Source: a bacterium
Lineage (GTDB): Bacteria; UBA8248
Length of the DNA: 64,000 nucleotides
NCBI GenBank assembly: GCA_965202625.1
Contig: CBDBBI010000010.1
Span: 2,016,001-2,080,000, forward strand
Direction: 5' to 3'
A model generated the notes under the pieces. The model saw only the letters and a program-made list of their open reading frames with translations. It was not told the origin of the DNA and made no database searches. The position numbers were made by a program, and so were the translations under genes. Positions 17,470 to 26,655 of this stretch are shown piece after piece. The first letter of the stretch is position 1, and every line of letters starts with the position of its first letter.

Positions 17470-19731
17470 TCAACCGCCCCCGTTCTCGCCGTTTTTCTGC
17501 ATCACCGCCCGGCAGACGCGCTCGGGGGTGATGGGCAGGTCGTGGAGCTCCGCGCCTATCGCGTCGTTGACGGCGAGGGCGACGGCGGCCGGTGCGTTGT
17601 TGCACGGCGGCTCTCCAACGCCGCGCGCGCCGTATGGACCCGCCCCCTCGCCGCATTCGAGGACGAGGGACGCAAACTCGCCGACGTCCGATGAGGTGGG
17701 TATCAGGTACTCGTGAAAACTCTGGGAGCGGCAATCTCCCTCCACCATGGTGATTTCCTCGTGCAGCGCGTAGCCGATTCCCATCACCGCGCCTCCTTCG
17801 AATTGCCCTTCCACGCTCGTGGGGTTGAGCGCGCGCCCCACGTCATGGGCGGCGACGTGCTTCAGAAGGTTCACCTCGCCGGTCTCTACGTCCACTTCCA
17901 CCTCGCTCGCGTGAACGCCGAAGGTGTAATCCGACCAGCCGCCCATGCCGTTCATGTAGCGTTGCGGATTCTCATAGTCGTGCCCCGGCATGTTGTAGCC
18001 GTGCGTGCAGTGGAGCGACTCGCCCATTCCCTTGGCTTCGCCCGCCGCGGCTCCAATCCCCACCCTTCTCTGGGGAGCGGAGGAGACCCAGGCCTCGCCG
18101 CCCCCGAAGCGAACGTCCTCCTCCGCGGCTTCGAGCAATGATGCCGCGCCTTTGGCCAACGCCTTGCGAACTTCCTCTGCGGCGAGTTGAACGGCGTGTC
18201 CCGCCATCAACGTTTGGCGCGAGCCTGCGGTGATGCCCGATAGCGGGGTGGTGGCGGAATCGGACAAGCGGGTGGAGACCTGATCGAGCCTGAGCCCCAA
18301 GGTTTCGGCCGTGATGCTTTGAAGCGTAGCCCCCTGGCCCGCGCCTATGTCCGGAGCGCTCACGCGGACCACGGCGCTGCCGTCCGGCTCCAGGTGAACC
18401 GCCGCGTTCGCGTCGTCGTGCGGTCTTCCGTAGCCGGTGATGTTCGCCGCCGCCGCCCGGCCGATGCGCTTTCCCGGGCCCGGCTTCGCGGGCGTGCCCA
18501 AAGCCTGAAGCGCGCTGTCCAGGCACCCCTCCAGGTTGGGCTTGTAAGGAATTTTCTGGCCGGTGGGCAGCTTTTGCCCTTTCTGAATGAAATTTTTTCG
18601 CCTGAACGCGTATTTGTCCATGCCGATGGCGTCCGCGATCAGGTTTATCTGGTTCTCGTAGGCGAAGCAGACCTGGTTCGACCCGACGCCCCGCATGGCG
18701 TTGGTGATGGGGTTGTTCGTGAGATAGCCGTGCGCGCGAATTTGCGCGTTGGGAACGTCGTAAGGGCCTGCGGCGATGCACATGGCGCCCAGGAGGAACA
18801 AGTTGGACTTGTATGGATAGGCGCCCGCGTCGCCCACGATGTCCGCCTGTAAGGCGAGAATTTTTCCGTCCTTGGTCGCTCCCGTCTTGTATCTCATATA
18901 GAAGGGGTGTTTCTTTGAAGTGTTTCGGATGCCTTTCTCGCGGTTCAGCACCATCACGGCGGGCCTTCCCGTATGCCAGGTGAGCAGCGCCAGGTAGGGT
19001 TCCACCGTCAACATTCCCTTGGCGCCGAACCCGCCGCCGACGTAAGTGCCGAGGTGGCGGACGCGGCTCTGGGATATCCCCAGAATCGCCGCGATGGCGC
19101 GATAGTATTCAATGAGCTGCGTGCCGACGCGGATGGTGAGGACGCCGTCCTCCTCCATCCAGGAGGCGCCGGAGGCGGGCTCCAGAAAGGCATGTTCCGC
19201 AAGCTGCGTCGTGTATGTTTTCTCGATGACCACGTCGGCTTCGGCGAACGCGGCTTCCACGTCCCCCCGGGCGACTTCAAAATCACACGCCTGCCGCTTC
19301 TCCGCGCTCGCCTCGTCGTGGCGCGTCGTCCACACGCCTTCTTCCGCGTCAATTTCCACCTCAATGGCCGCGATGGCGGCGTCGAGCGCGTCTCTCGTTT
19401 CGGCGCCCACGATCGCCAGGGCGTCTCCGGTATATTCGATCTTCTCTTCGACCAAAACGGGTTGATGGGGAAGACCCGGCGTGCCCGAGCCGAACCGCAC
19501 GTTTTTGCCGGGAATGTCCTTCGCGGTCAGAACGGCGACGACGCCTGGAATTTTCTCGGCCCTCGAAGCGTCAAGTTTTTTTAGGCGGCCCACCGGAGTG
19601 GGTGTGAACAACACGCCGCATTGCAAGGCGCCAGGGGGTATCGCGTCTTCTCCATAAGGCATGGAGCCGTCCGCTTTTGGTATGGAATCGTATCGAACGT
19701 TCGACTTGCCGATGATGTCGTAATCGGCCAT
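17470..19731 (-). CDS. Xanthine dehydrogenase-family molybdopterin-binding (large) subunit
   Basis: True start MADYDIIGKS with AAGGAG RBS; EHAFLEP, GGGFGAKG, AMRGVG, DIGAGQG, TAGSRQT, VEGQFEGG, GARGVGEPP. Confidence 0.92.
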   Translation of the reverse strand: MADYDIIGKSNVRYDSIPKADGSMPYGEDAIPPGALQCGVLFTPTPVGRLKKLDASRAEKIPGVVAVLTAKDIPGKNVRFGSGTPGLPHQPVLVEEKIEYTGDALAIVGAETRDALDAAIAAIEVEIDAEEGVWTTRHDEASAEKRQACDFEVARGDVEAAFAEADVVIEKTYTTQLAEHAFLEPASGASWMEEDGVLTIRVGTQLIEYYRAIAAILGISQSRVRHLGTYVGGGFGAKGMLTVEPYLALLTWHTGRPAVMVLNREKGIRNTSKKHPFYMRYKTGATKDGKILALQADIVGDAGAYPYKSNLFLLGAMCIAAGPYDVPNAQIRAHGYLTNNPITNAMRGVGSNQVCFAYENQINLIADAIGMDKYAFRRKNFIQKGQKLPTGQKIPYKPNLEGCLDSALQALGTPAKPGPGKRIGRAAAANITGYGRPHDDANAAVHLEPDGSAVVRVSAPDIGAGQGATLQSITAETLGLRLDQVSTRLSDSATTPLSGITAGSRQTLMAGHAVQLAAEEVRKALAKGAASLLEAAEEDVRFGGGEAWVSSAPQRRVGIGAAAGEAKGMGESLHCTHGYNMPGHDYENPQRYMNGMGGWSDYTFGVHASEVEVDVETGEVNLLKHVAAHDVGRALNPTSVEGQFEGGAVMGIGYALHEEITMVEGDCRSQSFHEYLIPTSSDVGEFASLVLECGEGAGPYGARGVGEPPCNNAPAAVALAVNDAIGAELHDLPITPERVCRAVMQKNGENGGG

Positions 19732-19932
19732 TTGTTTGCTCCTTACGATGTAAGAGGGTTTTTGAAAATCAATCTTCATTCTGCCAAACTTCGACGCAAC
19801 TGAGAAGGGGAAATACGCTTGCGCCCGCGTTTTCCAGGGGACAATCCAGCGGGCGACATTCTGGACAAGGGATGCTTTGCGAGATATGATGTGGATAGGG
19901 CTCAATTCACATACCCTACATTGGAGGGCGCC

Positions 19933-20463
19933 ATGGCGAACGAAATGGGATTCATCGACCCGACTGCGGGGGGGACGGCCGAGAAAATAGAACTTGCGCA
20001 ACGGCCCGTCGATCTTTCTGGCAAGGTGGTGGGACTTCTCGACAACACGAAAGAGCAGGCGGACATTATTCTCGAAACTCTGGGAAACGCTCTCCGAGAA
20101 CAATATGACGTGGCGAAGGTCGTCTCGCAGCGCAAGGAGCATTACTCGAAGCCCGCCACGGATGAGATGATTGCGGAAATGGCCCAGGAGGTGGACGTGG
20201 CGATAGCCGCGCTGGGGGGCTGAGGCTCGTGTACGTTGTGCAGTGTGCACGACACGGTGGAATTTGAGAAACGAGGCGTTCCTTCGACCACCATCATCAC
20301 CGAGGCGTTCAAGAACGCAGCGGACTTTCAGTTTCGGGGCAAGGGCATGGAAGGGCACCCATACGTGCAGTTGCCCCACCCGGTCAGCAATTTGCGACCC
20401 GAGGAGATGCGGGAGACGACGCTGAGGTTCGTCGAGGAAGTGGCCAGCCACCTGAAAACCTGA
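19933..20463 (+). CDS. UGSC-family selenoprotein (thioredoxin-like; in-frame TGA 20221-20223 read as Sec97)
   Basis: ORF-track pieces 19819..20223 and 20236..20463 are in the same frame and join as ALGG-U-GSCTLCSVHD; GGAGG RBS; hairpin 11 nt after the TGA. Confidence 0.88.
20228..20256 (+). promoter_or_regulatory. Bacterial SECIS-like hairpin of the UGSC gene
   Basis: GTTGTGCA-GTG-TGCACGAC stem-loop (20235-20253) with a G-containing apical loop, starting 11 nt after the UGA. Confidence 0.7.
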
Positions 20464-20496
20464 TGGGGGCTGAGGAGAAAAGGCGTCTTCCAGGAG

Positions 20497-21285
20497 GTGC
20501 CCGTGCGCGGGTTCGAGACGATATCCTATGAAGAAGAGGACGGATTGGCGGTAGTGAAGCTCAACCGCCCGGAGAGTTTGAACGCGATCAGTTTCAAGAT
20601 GGCGGAAGAATTCGTGGAGCTGGCGCGGGCCTTGGTTGATTCGAGAGACGTGCGCGTTGTGGTTCTCTCTGGCGAGGGACGCGCTTTCAGCACGGGTCGA
20701 GACCTCAAGGAAAGCGCTACGCACACCAAGGAGATGGCCGACCAATATCAGCGTCATGTGATGGCGACGACGACGCTGTGGGAGTGCTTGCCCATGCCTA
20801 CCATCGCCGCCATCAACGGCCATGCGTTTGGTTGGGGTGTGGAAATTACTCTGGGGTGCGACGTCAGGCTCGCCGCGCAAGAAGCCACTCTTTGCCTGCC
20901 GGAGTGCAGCTTGGGAATTTTTCCGGGGGCGGGCGGCGTGGTCAGGCTGCAAAGAATCATGCCGGCTGGACAGGCGAAAGAGCTCGTGTTCACGAGCAAA
21001 CGAATTGACGGGAAGGAGGCCGAGCGCATCGGCCTGGTGAACAAGGCGCATCCCCTGAATGCGCTCATGGGCGAAGCGAGGGGTATGGCGGAGAGGATAA
21101 GGGACAATGGCCCTCTGGGGGTTCGCGGCGCGAAAAAGGTGATCGACCAGACGCTCGACATGCCGCTCGCCCAGGCGGTGGAGTTTTCCAACGCTCTGAG
21201 GCTGCCGCTCAACCACACCAAGGATTTTGCCGAGGCACTGGCCGCTTTCAGGGAGAAGAGGAAACCTGTTTTCACAGGAGAATAG
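20497..21285 (+). CDS. Enoyl-CoA hydratase/isomerase family protein
   Basis: LNRPESLNA, AFSTGRDL, AAINGHAFGWGVE, LPECSLGIFPGAGG; both catalytic Glu positions present. Confidence 0.92.
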   Translation: MPVRGFETISYEEEDGLAVVKLNRPESLNAISFKMAEEFVELARALVDSRDVRVVVLSGEGRAFSTGRDLKESATHTKEMADQYQRHVMATTTLWECLPMPTIAAINGHAFGWGVEITLGCDVRLAAQEATLCLPECSLGIFPGAGGVVRLQRIMPAGQAKELVFTSKRIDGKEAERIGLVNKAHPLNALMGEARGMAERIRDNGPLGVRGAKKVIDQTLDMPLAQAVEFSNALRLPLNHTKDFAEALAAFREKRKPVFTGE

Positions 21286-21360
21286 AAGACGCCGGCGGCT
21301 TTGCCCGAAATGCCCATCCTGTCCTCGAGAGGATGGGCGTTTTGTTCATCGTGGCGGAAC

Positions 21361-22062
21361 ATGAACGAAGACCTCCTCGTCAAACGTGTGCAATCGGGGG
21401 TGGCGCGCCTCACCCTGAATCGCCCGCAGGCCCGAAATGCGGTGAACACGCCGCTTATGGAAGCCATCTGCGAAGCGATGGATGAGATGGGAAGCCGAGA
21501 AGACATGAAGGCGCTGATCGTTGCGGGCGCGGGAAGCGCTTTTTGCGCAGGCCGGGATTTGAAAGAGAGCACCTCCCACACACGGGCGCAGGCGGCGCGC
21601 TTCATGGTGCTGGGCGAGCGATGGAGCGCGGCGCTTCGTGAATTCCCCGTTCCCACGATCGCGGCTGTGAACGGCCCCGCATTGGGATGGGGCATGGTGT
21701 TGATGCTCGAGTGCGACCTTCGCATCGGGGCGAATAACGCCGTTTTGGGATACCCGGAGACCACGTTGGGGGTGTTTCCGGGAGCCGATGCCACCGTGCG
21801 CCTTACGCGGCAGACTTTTGTTCCATCCGCGAAAGATTTGGCACTCACCGGCAGGAGGTTGGACGCGCGCGAGGGGCTTCGCTTGGGGTTGCTGAATCGC
21901 GTTGTGCCCAAAGGCGACTTGATGGCCGAAGTGGACGCCCTGGGCGCCGAGATTGCCCAGCGTCCGCTGGAAAGACTCAGGGCGATGAAGGCGAGTTTCC
22001 TGAAAGTGGAAGCGATGTCGCGCTTCGGGCATTTGTCCCTGGCAGAGAGAATGGAGCGATGA
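21361..22062 (+). CDS. Enoyl-CoA hydratase/isomerase family protein (paralogue, first catalytic Glu absent)
   Basis: LNRPQARNA, AFCAGRDL, AAVNGPALGWGMV, YPETTLGVFPG. Confidence 0.88.
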   Translation: MNEDLLVKRVQSGVARLTLNRPQARNAVNTPLMEAICEAMDEMGSREDMKALIVAGAGSAFCAGRDLKESTSHTRAQAARFMVLGERWSAALREFPVPTIAAVNGPALGWGMVLMLECDLRIGANNAVLGYPETTLGVFPGADATVRLTRQTFVPSAKDLALTGRRLDAREGLRLGLLNRVVPKGDLMAEVDALGAEIAQRPLERLRAMKASFLKVEAMSRFGHLSLAERMER

Positions 22063-22469
22063 GGGTTCGGGAGTGTTTTTTGCAAGCGGTGGCGATTGTG
22101 GGAGCGGAAGAAGACGTCAGGGACGCTTGGGCGGCCATGAACAGGATCAACGCGCCTTGGGCGGCGGTTTTCGATGCCAAGCGGCTGGTTGGCGTCTTGA
22201 ACAAGGAAGATATCGATGCGTTGATTCGCACGCCTGAGACGTTTCAAAACGCGGGCGATGTCGCCCATGGAGGAGCACCCGCCAGGCGGGCGATGTCGTT
22301 GTCTCCAAACGCGGATTTGAACGAGGCCGTCCTTCAGCTTGAAATGGCGGAAGCCGATGCCGCTTTTGTCGAAGGCGTTGGCGGACCGCCCAGCGTCCTG
22401 GAGGCGGATGTGGCCAATCGTGCGCTGTCGCGCTCTTCGCGTTGTTCTCCTCGTTTTCGGAGCTGGTGA
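22059..22469 (+). CDS. Divergent CBS-domain protein
   Basis: MRVREC..., DAWAAM......AAVFDAKRLVGVL..EDI CBS-like pattern; ATGA overlap with the upstream gene. Confidence 0.6.
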   Translation: MRVRECFLQAVAIVGAEEDVRDAWAAMNRINAPWAAVFDAKRLVGVLNKEDIDALIRTPETFQNAGDVAHGGAPARRAMSLSPNADLNEAVLQLEMAEADAAFVEGVGGPPSVLEADVANRALSRSSRCSPRFRSW

Positions 22470-22483
22470 GTGGAGGGATGTCC

Positions 22484-23680
22484 ATGGAATTCACGTTGAA
22501 TGAAGAACAGTTGCGAATTCAGCAGATTGCCAGAAAATTCTCTTATGAAGAATTGGCCCCGGTGGCTCCTGAGCGCGATCAAATTCAAAACTGGGAGGAG
22601 CGAATGCCGTGGGACTTGACGGAAAAGGCGAGCGCCCTGGGGCTCAGGCAGCTGCCTTACCCCAAAGAATATGGCGGCATGGATGCCGACGTGCTTTCGT
22701 GCTGTCTGGCGGGAGAGGAGCTTGCCGCGGGCGATCTGGGTTTTGCGGTCAACCTGGATCAGACGTGGAAGCTGTCCCATATACTGCAAAAAGTAGAGCC
22801 TGCGCTCAGAGACGTCTGGATGAAGCGCTTATGTGAGGAGCCGAGATTCCTGGTCGCGATTTCCATGACCGAGGAAGGAGCGGGGAGCGATCATCAAGGA
22901 TATTACGACGACCCCTCCATCGCGCTTTATGCGCGCGCGGAGAGAAAAAACAGCAAGTGGATCATCAACGGGAAAAAGCGCTACATCAGCAATGGTCCTG
23001 TGGCTTCGTTATACGTTTTGGCGGCGAGAACCGACCTCAGCAAAAATTTAAGAGAAGGATTGACCGGTTTTCTCGTTCCCAGAGACGCCCCTGGCGTATC
23101 GATTGGCCGCGTGCATGAGAAAATCGGGCAACGCCTTTCCATGAACGCAGAAATATTTTACGAGGACGTCGAGATTCCCGAGAGTCACGTTATCCTGGGC
23201 GAGGGGAACATGTTTGAGATCAGGGGCAATCTTCTGGCGATGGGAAAGCCAGAAGCCGCCGCCACGGCCCTGGGCGTCGGGCGCGCCGCGTTCGAGAAGG
23301 CACTGGATCACGGCCGCAAGCGCGTCCAGGGGGGAAAGCCCATCGCCCGCCACCAGGCGATAGAAACCATGCTCGCTGACATGGCGATGAATTTGGACGT
23401 CGCTCGTACCTATATCTGGCGCACCGCATGGGCGGTGGATCATCAAAAGCCCTACGATTTCACGCAAGGGTGGAAGTGTAAAATTTTCGCATCAGAGGTC
23501 GCCTTTGATTGCGCGCGCCTGGGCATGGAGATATTCGGTGGGGCGGGCATCATGCGTGATGCGCCGATGGAGAAATATCTTCGCGACGCCAGCACGTTCC
23601 TGCATTCAGACGGCACCAATCAAATCTTGCGGCTGCGGACGGCGCAAGCATATGTGAATGGCGCGGCCACGGCGTTTTAG
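22484..23680 (+). CDS. Acyl-CoA dehydrogenase family protein
   Basis: PKEYGG, SMTEEGAGSD, INGKKRYISNG, KIGQR, RVQGGKPI..HQAI, GGAGI..D.PMEKYLRDA. Confidence 0.92.
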   Translation: MEFTLNEEQLRIQQIARKFSYEELAPVAPERDQIQNWEERMPWDLTEKASALGLRQLPYPKEYGGMDADVLSCCLAGEELAAGDLGFAVNLDQTWKLSHILQKVEPALRDVWMKRLCEEPRFLVAISMTEEGAGSDHQGYYDDPSIALYARAERKNSKWIINGKKRYISNGPVASLYVLAARTDLSKNLREGLTGFLVPRDAPGVSIGRVHEKIGQRLSMNAEIFYEDVEIPESHVILGEGNMFEIRGNLLAMGKPEAAATALGVGRAAFEKALDHGRKRVQGGKPIARHQAIETMLADMAMNLDVARTYIWRTAWAVDHQKPYDFTQGWKCKIFASEVAFDCARLGMEIFGGAGIMRDAPMEKYLRDASTFLHSDGTNQILRLRTAQAYVNGAATAF

Positions 23681-23703
23681 CGACGCGGAAAGAGGCGTTT
23701 GGA

Positions 23704-24255
23704 ATGACGGACTGGCTGAACGAACGGCGACAGGGTGAATTGTTCCATCAAGCAGGGGAGGCGACGAGGATTCGTACCGCGCGTTGGCTGGAAAGGGTGC
23801 GCGCGGAATTTTCTGTCTTTGCATCGTCTGAGGGCGTTGCGGAAATCAGAATGCTCTACGGCGTAGAGAAACCTCTTGCGGCGCGTTGCGCGAATGAACG
23901 GTCAACGTCATTGGGCACGGAAGCCTCCAAGCAAATAGAAGAATATCTGAGGGGTGCGCGGCGGAGTTTTCGGTTGAAAACGGACCTCTCCTCTCTCACG
24001 CCCTTCATGCGAAAAGTCCTCAGACAGACTGAGAAAATTCTTTACGGGCAGACGCGCTCCTACGGATGGGTGGCGAAGCGGATCGGCAGCCTGAAGGCGT
24101 CGCGCGCCGTTGGGCAGGCGTTGCATAGAAATCCCGTTCCTCTTGTAATACCCTGACATCGGGTCATCGCGAGCTCAGGCGAGCTCGGTGGATTCGCCAG
24201 TGGTCTATCGCTGAAAGCGGCGCTCCTGGCGCACGAGATGGATCACGAAACCTAG
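23704..24255 (+). CDS. ogt: Methylated-DNA-protein-cysteine methyltransferase with active-site selenocysteine (TGA 24154-24156 read as Sec151)
   Basis: YGQTRSYG...[49 protein letters not shown]: the TGA falls exactly on the PCHRV Cys and the frame continues with the conserved C-terminus to TAG 24253-24255. Confidence 0.88.
24161..24195 (+). promoter_or_regulatory. Bacterial SECIS-like hairpin of ogt
   Basis: CGAGCTC-AGGC-GAGCTCG upper stem (24170-24187) with a GG-containing loop, plus a lower GGGTC/GATTC stem. Confidence 0.7.
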
Positions 24256-24309
24256 ATGATTTGGCTCGCATCCTGCGGTATGTGAGAGACATATCTGGAG
24301 GAAGAAAAA

Positions 24310-24885
24310 ATGTCGAGGAGCATGGCGGATTTTATCGATCAGGTGCGCGAAATAGTGAAGGCGGGCGGTTCGGAGGAGGAAATCACCGCACGGGTGGCGG
24401 CGGGCCTTGTGCCGCTTTTGGATGACCCCAACCTGCTGAACGCCGATCATCTATTGGTGAAAAAAGAAGGTTTTACGCTCAACCGGATTCACGTCGAGCT
24501 GGACGAGAGCTTCTCCGTGGGCACCGGTATATGGGACGTGGGCCAGACCACCCCGATTCACGATCATGGCGCTTGGGGGGTGATAGGCATTTACCGCGGC
24601 ATGGAGAGAGAAGAAAGTTTTTTGCGCGAAGGCCCCAGGGAAAGCGGCGCCTGCGTGAGGCTCATCCCCAAGGGCGTGCGCGTGGCTGGTCCCGGAGACG
24701 TTTTTGTCTGCTGCACGCAAGATGATGACGTGCATCGCGTCAGTTGCGCTTCGTCCCAGCCCGTGGTGGGCATCCACGTGTATGGCGGCGATCTGGCCAA
24801 GATACCGCGTTTTCAGTATGAGGAATCCACCGGCCAGGTGAAGTCGTTTCAGACGGGGTGGGACTATGCGAAAGTTTCCGCCTGA
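24310..24885 (+). CDS. Thiol dioxygenase (cysteine/3-mercaptopropionate dioxygenase) family cupin
   Basis: WDVGQTTPIHDHGAWGVIG, DVHRV, VGIHVYGGD three-His motifs. Confidence 0.8.
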   Translation: MSRSMADFIDQVREIVKAGGSEEEITARVAAGLVPLLDDPNLLNADHLLVKKEGFTLNRIHVELDESFSVGTGIWDVGQTTPIHDHGAWGVIGIYRGMEREESFLREGPRESGACVRLIPKGVRVAGPGDVFVCCTQDDDVHRVSCASSQPVVGIHVYGGDLAKIPRFQYEESTGQVKSFQTGWDYAKVSA

Positions 24886-25029
24886 ATCATAAAAACGGTC
24901 GATTTTCTTTTCAGGGTGCCTGGAAAACTCGTCTCTGGAATTTGACAAGAGGCGGCTGAGACGAGAGCGCGCATCCCGCCTGGCCAAGGGTCGTCGTCGC
25001 TTCTCCTCAGACGTTGATGGGTACGCCAT

Positions 25030-25734
25030 CTACCACGCCATGGGCTTTCTGTCCTGAAAATAGCCTCCAGTCGGTCCATCATCGGGTAAAAGGGCGAGCC
25101 ACGTGGGCGTGTCCGCTCCCTCGTCGATGGATTTCGAGGCATTCTTGCCTCCCATGTCGGTTCTCACCCATCCTGGATGACAACAATTCACCAACACTCC
25201 GGCATTCCGGAATTCATCGGCGAGGATCTTCGTCAGCGCGTTCAGCGCGGTTTTGGTGATTCGATACGCGGGAGAGCCTCCCCTCATGGTGGCGAGAGAG
25301 CCCATGCCGCTCGAGACGTTCACGATTCTGCCTGTCGCGCTCCTCTTCAGAAGAGGTGCCAGGGCCTGGCACATCATGAGGGGGCCGTATAAGTTCGTCT
25401 CCATCATTTCGCGGACGATCTCGACGGGAACGTCCATTCCCGTCATTCCCCCATCTTTTCTGATGGCCGCGTTATTGACTAAAACGTCCAGCCGGCCAAA
25501 TTCTTTGGTCAGAAACCCCGCCAGCGCGTCAACGCTATGCCGATCGGCGACGTTCAGGGGATGGAACATGACTTCCAGTCCTTCCTTCGCCAATCGCTCT
25601 TTGGCGATTTCACCCTTGCGCGCGTCCCGCGCCGTCAGGATGGTTTTTGCCCCTCGCTTCGCAAGCACTCGGCATATGCCGAGGCCGATGCCTTTGTTTC
25701 CACCCGTCACGACGGCGATTTTCTCCTCAGCCAA
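25030..25734 (-). CDS. Short-chain dehydrogenase/reductase (carbonyl reductase-like)
   Basis: TGGNKGIG, NNAA, YRITK, HPGWVRTDMGG. Confidence 0.92.
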   Translation of the reverse strand: MAEEKIAVVTGGNKGIGLGICRVLAKRGAKTILTARDARKGEIAKERLAKEGLEVMFHPLNVADRHSVDALAGFLTKEFGRLDVLVNNAAIRKDGGMTGMDVPVEIVREMMETNLYGPLMMCQALAPLLKRSATGRIVNVSSGMGSLATMRGGSPAYRITKTALNALTKILADEFRNAGVLVNCCHPGWVRTDMGGKNASKSIDEGADTPTWLALLPDDGPTGGYFQDRKPMAW

Positions 25735-25926
25735 CTTTCACCTCCTTTGTCTTTGTGGCTCGCCCCGTATGTTCAAGGCGTTTTAGGTTCTCGTCCTCGT
25801 TACGTCCGCCTGTGGCTCATCATCCAACAGAACCATTCACGAGGACAGCCCGATCGTGCGCGGCGCATCTGTTGCGTGTTATATCATGGGGAGAAATCGT
25901 CTCGCGCTCTCTGGGCGCATTCATCC

Positions 25927-26652
25927 ATGCGTAGTGGAAAGAAGCGATTGAATTCGGTTCATTTGATCTTGTTCGACGTGGACGGGACGCTGCTTTTAAG
26001 CGGAGGCGCGGGCGCGAGAGCGTTGAATCTCGCTTTTGCGGAAGCGTATGGCGCACCGAATGCGATGCGCCATGTGCAGCCCCACGGAAAGACGGATGCA
26101 CTCATCATACAAGAAATGTTTCGCTCTCATCTTGGGCGTTGTGCGAGTGTGCCTGAAGTGAAGTCTCTTTTACGGAAATACCTGGAAATCCTGCCTGCTG
26201 CGGTTTCTGCTTCTCCAAACTTTCAGTTGATGCCCGGAATTTCCGACTTGCTCGCGCACTTGTATGATCGGCAAGATGTCCTCATGGGGCTGGGGACGGG
26301 AAACGTTGAGGAGGGTGCGCGGATCAAGCTTGCGCGCGGCGGGTTGAACCGCTTTTTTTCGTTTGGGGGCTTCGGCTCTGATTCTGGAGAGAGGACGGAA
26401 TTGCTGGAAGCGGGGTTTCGGCGCGGCGAGGGAATCATTCAAAAGAAATTCTCGGGCGCGTCTGTTTCCCGCTGGGTGATAGGTGATACGTGGCGCGATG
26501 TATCTGCGGGGCGCGCGTGTGGGGCGAAGACGATGGCCGTGGCCACCGGTGGCGATTCGCTTTATGCGTTGGCGGGCGCATCTCCGGATTTCCTTTTCGC
26601 TACCCTAGAGAATGAGGAGAGGTTTTGCGAGATTTTGGATGCGGGTGATTAG
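25927..26652 (+). CDS. HAD-superfamily hydrolase (phosphatase-like)
   Basis: FDVDGTLL, HGKTD, TGN, GGFGSD, IGDTWRD. Confidence 0.9.
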   Translation: MRSGKKRLNSVHLILFDVDGTLLLSGGAGARALNLAFAEAYGAPNAMRHVQPHGKTDALIIQEMFRSHLGRCASVPEVKSLLRKYLEILPAAVSASPNFQLMPGISDLLAHLYDRQDVLMGLGTGNVEEGARIKLARGGLNRFFSFGGFGSDSGERTELLEAGFRRGEGIIQKKFSGASVSRWVIGDTWRDVSAGRACGAKTMAVATGGDSLYALAGASPDFLFATLENEERFCEILDAGD

Positions 26653-26655
26653 GGG

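Noticed and set aside
19732-21216. 495-aa N-terminal extension of the 1248-aa ORF 17470..21216
   Set aside because: It is the antisense shadow of the UGSC and enoyl-CoA hydratase genes; the molybdoenzyme starts at 19731 with its own RBS
20754-22268. 504-aa minus-strand ORF
   Set aside because: Antisense to two well-supported crotonase genes; no motifs; a typical high-GC shadow ORF
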